From: Arenicellales bacterium | GTDB lineage: Bacteria > Pseudomonadota > Gammaproteobacteria > Arenicellales > JAJDZL01 | Direction of reading: 5' to 3' | Assembly (NCBI GenBank): GCA_965214785.1 | Contig: OZ243975.1 | Span: 56,430-120,429 of the forward strand | Length of the DNA: 64,000 nucleotides | In this document: positions 58,142-64,000 of the stretch, piece after piece | Layout of the letters: each line of letters opens with the position of its first letter | How positions within the stretch are numbered: the stretch's first letter is position 1 | Translations under genes and position numbers: made by a program | The notes under the pieces: model-generated | Database searches by the model: none | Told to the model about the DNA's origin: nothing | Seen by the model: the letters and a program-made list of their open reading frames with translations, nothing else

Positions 58142-58852
58142 TCAGTCTGCAGCAGGGCTGATCGATTTTCGAAGCATGTCAATACTTCTGGCATATGCCA
58201 TCTCAGCCGCCTGTTCGTGATAGCTGTCTCGTCCTGGAGTAGCAAAAGCGTGGTCCAAATCCGGATAGGTGTAAATTTCGACATCATCAAAAGATGAGAA
58301 GGCTTGTCGAATTTGTTCGACAGCTTGTGGTGGGACGAATGAATCGTTTTCAGCAAAATGCAAAACCATGGGGCATGAAATATTGCTGATTTCGTCCAAT
58401 GATTCCTCGATACCGACACCGTAGTAGCAAACGCAGCAGTCCGCATCAGTTCTTGTGGCCGTAAGGTATGCGAGTTTACCGCCCAAACAATATCCCAAAG
58501 CCCCGACTTTTCCAGAGCATTGCGCCATCGCCCGAAGAGCATCAATTGAAGCTGCGGCGTCTTTGATTCCTAGGTCTACGTCAAAACGCCCGTAGTAATC
58601 GAAAGCCTGTTTAAGTGATTCATCATCGTAACCGAGCACGATACCCGGCTTCATTCGCCAGAACAGATCAGGCACCAAGGTAACGTATCCTTCGCTTGCG
58701 AACTGATCGGCCATGTTGCGCAGAAACGGATTGATCCCGAAAATTTCCTGTAAAAGCACCAATCCTGGACCTGAACCGTTTGCAGGCTTAGATAAATATG
58801 CTTCGAATTGACCGCCGTCCGATGCGGTCAATGTAATCATCGAGCCAGCCAT
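58142..58852 (-). CDS. Dienelactone hydrolase family protein
   Basis: 236 aa. N-terminus FEAYLSKP...GPGLVLLQEIFGIN and nucleophile elbow LGYCLGGKLAY. Confidence 0.85.
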   Translation of the reverse strand: MAGSMITLTASDGGQFEAYLSKPANGSGPGLVLLQEIFGINPFLRNMADQFASEGYVTLVPDLFWRMKPGIVLGYDDESLKQAFDYYGRFDVDLGIKDAAASIDALRAMAQCSGKVGALGYCLGGKLAYLTATRTDADCCVCYYGVGIEESLDEISNISCPMVLHFAENDSFVPPQAVEQIRQAFSSFDDVEIYTYPDLDHAFATPGRDSYHEQAAEMAYARSIDMLRKSISPAAD

Positions 58853-59006
58853 ATTATTTCCTCAAAGGTGATTTGAATTTTAAGTCCTGAAAATAGCGAT
58901 ATTCTATAACCTTTGCAGTTTTATAAATGGATTTGCGTAAACAAAGTCGTATCATGTAAAACATCGGTTGCCAACATTAGGTTCAACAACCAAAAGAAGG
59001 ACAATT

Positions 59007-59981
59007 GTGGATCGTACTGAACGCTTTTATAAGATAGACAGATTGCTGCAGCGGTCTGAAGGCATCTCGATGAACGATTTGCTCGGTGAGTTGGAGGTGT
59101 CCAAGGCAACGATCAAGCGGGATTTGACTTATATGCGCGATCGGCTGCACGCTCCGATCATATGGGACTTAAGTAGTCGAAGGTATCGATATGAAGATCC
59201 TCGTCCTGGATTCAAGCGGTTTTCTCTCCCTGGTCTTTGGTTCAATAGCAGTGAGTTGCATTCACTGCTGATAATGGAACACCTAATCAAACACCTCCAG
59301 CCGGGGTTCTTGGCATCACATGTTGACCCATTGCGCACTCGGGTGAGAACAATTCTTGAAAAAGGTGAGCGGTCGGTAGAAGAAATTGTTCATCGTGTAA
59401 GGATTGTTTCAGGGTCTAATCCGCCGGTTGATTCGGAAATCTTTCAAAAAATAGCAGATGCGGTATTCAATCGCAAGCAGATTTACATCAGCTACTTCAA
59501 TCGACATGACAATCAAACTGTGTTTCGTCACGTATCGCCGCAAAGGCTGGTTTACTACAATGAAAATTGGTATTTAGACAGTTGGTGCCATTTGCGAAAC
59601 GGGCTTCGCACGTTTAGACTGTCGTATTTGTCCACGGCTGAACTGACGCAAAAAGATGCGACTGAAATTGATGATGCGCAAATGAATTTGGAACTTCAAG
59701 CTGGCTTTGGAATATTCGGCGGTACAGATACTTCGCAGGCGGTTTTAAGATTTAGCGCTGCCGTTTCCCCATGGGTGAAGCACGAGTATTGGCATTCCGG
59801 TCAAACACAGCATTTCGATGACGACGGGACAATGGTGATGACTTTGCCTTTTTCGAAAGACCCTGAACTGATCATGAAGCTTTTGCGTTATGGACCTGAT
59901 GTAGAAGTTCTGGAACCGGTGAGTTTACGACAAAAAATTGCAAAAAGCCTTCGCGCAGCCAGTGCGCTCTACAGCGACTGA
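59007..59981 (+). CDS. WYL-domain transcriptional regulator (wHTH-WYL-WCX architecture, YafY/PafBC-like)
   Basis: GTG start at 59007 with an AAGGA 5 nt upstream. N-terminal HTH (ISMNDLLGELEVSKATIKRDLTYM), WYL core (YYNENWYLDSWCH), and a C-terminal block YGPDVEVLEP. Confidence 0.8.
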   Translation: MDRTERFYKIDRLLQRSEGISMNDLLGELEVSKATIKRDLTYMRDRLHAPIIWDLSSRRYRYEDPRPGFKRFSLPGLWFNSSELHSLLIMEHLIKHLQPGFLASHVDPLRTRVRTILEKGERSVEEIVHRVRIVSGSNPPVDSEIFQKIADAVFNRKQIYISYFNRHDNQTVFRHVSPQRLVYYNENWYLDSWCHLRNGLRTFRLSYLSTAELTQKDATEIDDAQMNLELQAGFGIFGGTDTSQAVLRFSAAVSPWVKHEYWHSGQTQHFDDDGTMVMTLPFSKDPELIMKLLRYGPDVEVLEPVSLRQKIAKSLRAASALYSD

Positions 59982-60248
59982 AACAGTCGTTTTAGTCTCA
60001 ATAGGTTCTGCCAGTCTGCCTGAGCCATTATTCGTCAAAATATCCAACCTACATTTCCAACCCCCCTGTTACTGACATCTGTAAGTCAAACAAATGGGGC
60101 CCAGTGGTTCAGTGACTCAATAACGTTCGTTTAGACTGACTATGTGTCAGTATTTTTAACTGGCATTGAATATATTTTTCAACAGGCTCACGCTATGAGC
60201 CACCTAGCACTTAGAATACTTCCACTAATTCACAAATTGGAGTATTTT

Positions 60249-61301
60249 ATGAACACTATTACAAGCCATTTCGACGAGGTTACGTGCGCAGAGCCTCAGT
60301 TGTTTAAAAATTTAACAATGATTCCGCTATTGAAAGACGCCGGTATCGAATCGGATTACTTTTTGTTGGACGAAGCTTTGCAACAAAATGTTTTCGAGGT
60401 CAAGGAAGTTTCCGAGTCCGGCAGTGTGCCGGAGCTCAGTGTATTGAATAAATCTGACAAGCGGATATTGCTTCTTGATGGTGAAGAGTTGGTTGGAGCG
60501 AAGCAAAACCGCATTCTCAACATCACCGTGATGGTTCCTGCCAAAGCATCGATCACGGTACCGGTGTCTTGTGTGGAAGCCGGTCGCTGGGGATACCGTG
60601 ATGCACAATCCCACAGACCTTCTCGAAGTGAATTCGAACGCATGCGCGCTAGAATGAATTTCGACAGTGCGCAACGGATACATTACTCCGAGAGTCGACG
60701 AAGAAATCATTATCGTGTCAGTGAGACTCTTCGAAGTGCGGGAACAAGACACGGAAACCAAGGGGGAGTGTGGGATGACATTGCCAGAAAGTCTGAGCGT
60801 ATGAACGCCAGATCAGAGACTCGTGCTTCAGAGGCAATGTATGACAAGTTTCGAAGCGATTTGAATGAATATCTCAGTTCTTTCGAAGCGGTTCCCAATC
60901 AGGTCGGAGCGGTGTTTTCGGTGGCTGGGTCAACAACAGGTGTTGATGTTTTTGAATCCCCTGAAGCATTGTCCAAGAGTCTGAGCAAGCTGATCCAAAG
61001 TTATTCGCTCGATGCGGTTGACCAACTCAGGTCAGGCGTAGATGAAACCCCTGATATTGATGTTGATAAATTTTTAAAACAGATTGTCAGCGCCAATTGT
61101 GAAGTCTACGATGGAGTAGGTGAAGGCAACGACTATCGAATTGAGAGCGAACAACTCATTGGCGGAGCTTTGGTGGTTGACGAACGCGTAATTCATTTAT
61201 GTGCATTTGCCAAGTCCAGTGATGAAGACGAATTGTCGATCGGTCGCAGTCGGATGACGAGAACTTCTCATCGAATTCGCAACCGTTCCCGACAAGCCTA
61301 G
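60249..61301 (+). CDS. DUF6569 / ARPP-1-like protein of unknown function
   Basis: ATG at 60249 with a GGAG 8 nt upstream. The N-terminal pattern LFKNLTMIPLL...DYFLLDEAL...VKEVSESGSVPELSVLNKSDKRILLLDGEELVGAKQNRILNITVMVPA...VPVSCVEAGRW matches, from memory, the conserved core of this uncharacterised family. An HMM check is needed. Confidence 0.6.
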   Translation: MNTITSHFDEVTCAEPQLFKNLTMIPLLKDAGIESDYFLLDEALQQNVFEVKEVSESGSVPELSVLNKSDKRILLLDGEELVGAKQNRILNITVMVPAKASITVPVSCVEAGRWGYRDAQSHRPSRSEFERMRARMNFDSAQRIHYSESRRRNHYRVSETLRSAGTRHGNQGGVWDDIARKSERMNARSETRASEAMYDKFRSDLNEYLSSFEAVPNQVGAVFSVAGSTTGVDVFESPEALSKSLSKLIQSYSLDAVDQLRSGVDETPDIDVDKFLKQIVSANCEVYDGVGEGNDYRIESEQLIGGALVVDERVIHLCAFAKSSDEDELSIGRSRMTRTSHRIRNRSRQA

Positions 61302-61314
61302 TGTAAGCGATCTT

Positions 61315-61362
61315 AGCAGCGTCACATGCAAGTCGAATGATTTGCTGTGAACGCTGCTTTTC
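61315..61362 (+). terminator. Candidate intrinsic terminator after the DUF6569 gene
   Basis: AGCAGCGT (61315-61322) pairs with ACGCTGCT (61351-61358), with further imperfect pairing inside the loop. It is followed by a short T-run, TTT(C). Confidence 0.4.
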
Positions 61363-61495
61363 GCACAATGAAATTGCACGATAGTCGGATTGAACCGGTC
61401 GTCTTGGATTGTCACAGAACCGGTTTTATCATCAGGCTTGTGTTTGGCTGTTGAATGACAAAGACATCAATTGAAATTAAAAAACGGAAATCACA

Positions 61496-62452
61496 ATGAA
61501 ACAAAAAATAGGCAAAGATAAAACGCACAATTGGTTATTTCGGACATTGGCTGAAATCCCTGTATTTCGGTATGAGGCATTGAAGTTGTCTCTGACTGAA
61601 GAGCAGTTTAAGATTGTTGACGCAAAAAATGCGAAACTATCCCCTACTTCGATGCCGATGGCGGACGGGTCAGTAAGAGATGGTGACGTGGTTATGGAAG
61701 TTCCGCTTAAACAGCAAGTAGGATCTGGGCGAATAATCAAGACAAGATTTTTGTTTGAGCACAAAAGCAGGATCAATCGAAGGGGACTGGTCGAACAATT
61801 AATCCGGTATCAGCATGGATTGTATAAACGTGAAAATACCCCGGTTATCAACGTGGTGGTTAACAATGGCGCGGTGCCTCGATTTGGCGAGGTGTTTCAG
61901 TTCCGCGACTGGCTTGAGGAGATGGATGAAGAGTTTTGGCGTCAATACGGCCGCTTTGTGATGAATTTTGATGCCAAAGTATTAAACCTGCGAGACCCAG
62001 TGGTACAGGGACGTTTGATGAACGTTGAGTTCTCAACCGCTATAGGTTGGTATGCAATGGGCAAGGTGAAAGACAGGATTGACGCGGAAACAGCACAAAA
62101 TATGATCGAAATGATTGGGCGGTTGGATGAACACAGCAATGCGCAAATTGTTCAACCGTCACTTGACTATTTACACACGTATCACGAGGAGGTTACAATG
62201 GAATGGTTACGGGACTTGGAAATTCAGGAAACTGGGAGTGACAAAGTTATGGCACGGGCATTGAGTAGTTTAGAGTTAAGAATGCAGGAAAGCAGGAACG
62301 AAGGCATCAACAAAGGTAGGACTGAAAGCAAGTCAGAGATCGCAATGAGGCTGCTTAGTAAGGGACTAGATGCTCAATTTGTCGGTGAAGTTACGAAATT
62401 GAGTCAAGACCGGATCGAACAAATTCAGCGCGAACTGAAAGACAACCAGTGA
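61496..62452 (+). CDS. Rpn-family (YhgA-like, PDDEXK_2) recombination-promoting nuclease / putative transposase
   Basis: 318 aa. The layout is THNWLFRTL N-terminus, acidic DGDVVMEV, then FLFEHKS (ExK) and LIRYQ, matching the Rpn/YhgA PD-(D/E)xK core. It has a helical C-terminal tail. An in-frame internal ATG at 62249 is preceded by GGGAG. Confidence 0.7.
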   Translation: MKQKIGKDKTHNWLFRTLAEIPVFRYEALKLSLTEEQFKIVDAKNAKLSPTSMPMADGSVRDGDVVMEVPLKQQVGSGRIIKTRFLFEHKSRINRRGLVEQLIRYQHGLYKRENTPVINVVVNNGAVPRFGEVFQFRDWLEEMDEEFWRQYGRFVMNFDAKVLNLRDPVVQGRLMNVEFSTAIGWYAMGKVKDRIDAETAQNMIEMIGRLDEHSNAQIVQPSLDYLHTYHEEVTMEWLRDLEIQETGSDKVMARALSSLELRMQESRNEGINKGRTESKSEIAMRLLSKGLDAQFVGEVTKLSQDRIEQIQRELKDNQ

Positions 62453-62469
62453 CTGTCTTCATTTGTTAG
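62195..62469 (+). repeat. Direct repeat copy 1 (3' end of the Rpn gene plus 17 nt downstream)
   Basis: Aligned by eye to 62489-62750. It shares the ends ACAATG..CTTGGAAATTCAGGAAACTGGGAG and ..ATTTGTTAG. Confidence 0.85.
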
Positions 62470-62488
62470 TGATGGCTATTAGGCTTTA

Positions 62489-62750
62489 ACAATGAAGTGG
62501 TTTAAGGCTTGGAAATTCAGGAAACTGGGAGCGACAAAGTTATGGCACGGGCATTGAGTAGTTTAGAGTTAAGAATGCAGGAAAGCAGGAATGAAGGCAT
62601 AAATGAAAACAAGTCAGAGATCGCAATGAGGCTGCTTAGTAAGGGACTGGATACTCAATTTGTTGGTGAAGTTACGAAATTGAGTCAAGACCGGATCGAA
62701 CAAATTCAACGCGAACTGAAAAACAACGCGTGATCGTTGTAATTTGTTAG
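62489..62750 (+). repeat. Direct repeat copy 2 (extragenic, diverged)
   Basis: Same unit as copy 1, separated from it by 19 nt. It carries scattered substitutions and a 12-nt deletion relative to copy 1 (GGCATCAACAAAGGTAGGACTGAAAGCAAG versus GGCATAAATGAAAACAAG). Confidence 0.85.
62509..62733 (+). CDS. Free-standing ORF encoding a copy of the Rpn C-terminal tail (possible RpnS-like small protein)
   Basis: 74 codons from the TTG at 62509, or 63 from the ATG at 62542, which has a GGGAG 10 nt upstream. The product, EIQETGSDKVMARALSSLELRMQESRNEGINENKSEIAMRLLSKGLDTQFVGEVTKLSQDRIEQIQRELKNNA, is near-identical to the last 78 aa of the upstream gene apart from a 4-aa gap. Whether it is translated is unknown. 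Confidence 0.45.
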   Translation: MEIQETGSDKVMARALSSLELRMQESRNEGINENKSEIAMRLLSKGLDTQFVGEVTKLSQDRIEQIQRELKNNA

Positions 62751-63235
62751 AAGCGTTCGTTCAATTGAAACAATGGGACGCAACAAAGTGACTTAACCGC
62801 TTGGATGATGTCACAGCGTTTCTGAAAATCATCAAACCGCTATCCTGAATCAATACTGCGCCTTGCTAAAGCGTTCGGTCGAGCCGCTTGAAATTTATCC
62901 GAGTTCACTTTGTGCTGTTTGAGAGTCAACAGTCTTTTGCTTATCGTTTTACTCACTTGGTCGCAAAAATCACACAGCGGTAAATATTCCGCAGACTCCT
63001 TTGACCATCTGTAAATTCATTACTGCCGCACCATTACCGATCGACTGAAACGAGGAATACACACAACAAATGCAAGCTCGCAACACTCTCTTCAAAAAAA
63101 CCTCGTGACAAGTGTCAGATGTATAGTGTCATAATGCGTTCGCTTGGCAAACGAAAAAATACAGAACAACGGTTTGGGAAACTTTCAAAGCTCTTCTTAA
63201 AACCGTAAAACACATAATCACCAAGGAGCAGCGCA

Positions 63236-63817
63236 ATGTCGCCAGATGCAGTTGTCCGGAAAAAAACTAATCTTGTATGGATAGACCTTGAAATGACGGG
63301 ATTGTCTCCTGCCAATGACCGTATCATAGAAATCGCAACAATTGTTACAGACATACATCTGAAAATTGTTGCTGAAGGACCAACGATGGTGATCCATCAA
63401 AGTAACGAAAGAATTGACAATATGGATGATTGGAATACCAAAACCCATACCGAAAATGGATTGATCGAACTGGTGCGAAATTCTACGATCGATGAGCACG
63501 AAGCCCAACAGCGTACCCTATCGTTTTTGCGAAAATATGCGACTAAAAAGCGGTCGCCGCTGTGCGGTAACGCAGTGTGTCAGGATCGCCGATTCCTTGA
63601 TCGGTACATGCCGGAAGTGTCAAATTATTTGCATTACCGCCATCTCGACGTAAGCACGATAAAAGAACTAGCGAAACGCTGGCGACCAGACCTTGCGATT
63701 GAAAAGGATAAATTCAGCAATCACCGCGCACTGGATGATATACGCCAATCGATCAAAGAACTTCAGGTGTATCGAGACAATTTCTTTTTAACCAACCCGA
63801 TACTGGATGGGTCGTAG
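63236..63817 (+). CDS. orn: Oligoribonuclease
   Basis: 193 aa. DEDDh exonuclease motifs [23 protein letters not shown] and [17 protein letters not shown] lies 7 nt upstream. Confidence 0.93.
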   Translation: MSPDAVVRKKTNLVWIDLEMTGLSPANDRIIEIATIVTDIHLKIVAEGPTMVIHQSNERIDNMDDWNTKTHTENGLIELVRNSTIDEHEAQQRTLSFLRKYATKKRSPLCGNAVCQDRRFLDRYMPEVSNYLHYRHLDVSTIKELAKRWRPDLAIEKDKFSNHRALDDIRQSIKELQVYRDNFFLTNPILDGS

Positions 63818-63928
63818 AGCGTTTGTCCATTCAAACCGGTTATTCTGAAGTACGTAACAACTGGAAAATCTTGCGCACTTTGACTTGGCTGTTAATGAAA
63901 ATCACCAGCTGTAATTTTTCAAGTTGAT

Positions 63929-64000
63929 GTGAAGCTCAATTCTTACGAAAACGAAATGCTCAGCGGAATACACGGCTATCCGCGTCAGTGGGCTATTGAG
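63929..64000 (+). CDS. First 24 codons of an aconitase-X (DUF521)-like gene, continuing beyond the window
   Basis: From the GTG at 63929 the peptide is VKLNSYENEMLSGIHGYPRQWAIE, resembling the M.L...E..ML.GE.G.A...AM N-terminus of aconitase X catalytic subunits. It is very short, so the call is weak. Confidence 0.3.
   Translation, partial: MKLNSYENEMLSGIHGYPRQWAIE

Noticed and set aside
57973-58545. 190-aa minus-strand ORF overlapping the dienelactone hydrolase gene
   Set aside because: It is out of frame within the well-supported DLH ORF (58142-58852) and has no recognisable motifs.
61496-62750. The Rpn gene as a bona fide insertion sequence or mobile element
   Set aside because: No terminal inverted repeats or target-site duplications are visible around it. 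The only repeat is the direct tail duplication. Rpn/YhgA-type 'transposases' are not known to form classical IS elements.
62769-62804. A possible third, degenerate start of the Rpn-tail repeat unit (AACAATG...TTAA..GCTTGG) just after copy 2
   Set aside because: Only the first about 35 nt show loose similarity and the sequence then diverges completely. It cannot be distinguished from chance by eye.
1-64000. CRISPR arrays, tRNA/rRNA genes, integrases or prophage genes
   Set aside because: I scanned for regularly spaced direct repeats, T-arm-like GGTTCGAATCC motifs and integrase or phage-like ORFs. None were found.

Overview
Chromosomal segment, probably from a heterotrophic, likely marine, gammaproteobacterium. 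The taxon is an inference from gene order: mraZ...ftsZ-lpxC-DUF721-secA-argJ-mutT resembles Pseudomonas-type genomes. Most of the window is core metabolism and the cell-division cluster. Layout: (1) 0.4-8.5 kb, minus strand, a compact propionate-to-succinyl-CoA operon (prpE, methylmalonyl-CoA mutase, pccB, pccA, epimerase). (2) 8.5-12.1 kb, a decayed or variable patch holding a GcvT-family pseudogene remnant, an orphan AAA+/DUF4143 ATPase, a small secreted Calx-beta protein and an ORF-poor gap. (3) 12.1-13.9 kb, enoyl-CoA hydratase and a FAH-family hydrolase. (4) 14.6-31.5 kb, the dcw cluster mraZ-rsmH-ftsL-ftsI-murE-murF-mraY-murD-ftsW-murG-murB-ftsQ-ftsA-ftsZ-lpxC; murC and ddl are absent and murB sits in their place. 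(5) 31.6-36.8 kb, DUF721, secA, argJ, mutT. (6) 36.8-41.9 kb, heterotetrameric sarcosine oxidase soxBDAG. (7) 42-46.3 kb, HAD hydrolase, GATase, a truncated P-loop gene, a class III aminotransferase and a GNAT. (8) 46.5-55.8 kb, a form II CO-dehydrogenase-like molybdoenzyme cluster coxGSLM with maturation genes (MoxR, VWA, XdhC, fused MocA). (9) 55.8-58.9 kb, fatty-acid hydroxylase family protein, a second aminotransferase and a dienelactone hydrolase. (10) 58.9-63.2 kb, a small accessory island holding a WYL regulator, a DUF6569/ARPP-1-like protein of unknown function, and an Rpn-family PD-(D/E)xK nuclease gene followed by a free-standing diverged duplicate of its own C-terminal tail. (11) orn and the first codons of an aconitase-X-like gene. 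The best candidate for an undescribed system is the island at 59-62.8 kb, especially the Rpn gene plus the extragenic tail copy. No rRNA, tRNA, CRISPR array or clear IS element was seen. Start codons were chosen by eye from homology expectations, RBS and overlaps, and are less certain than stops. All family assignments come from motif recognition, not searches.
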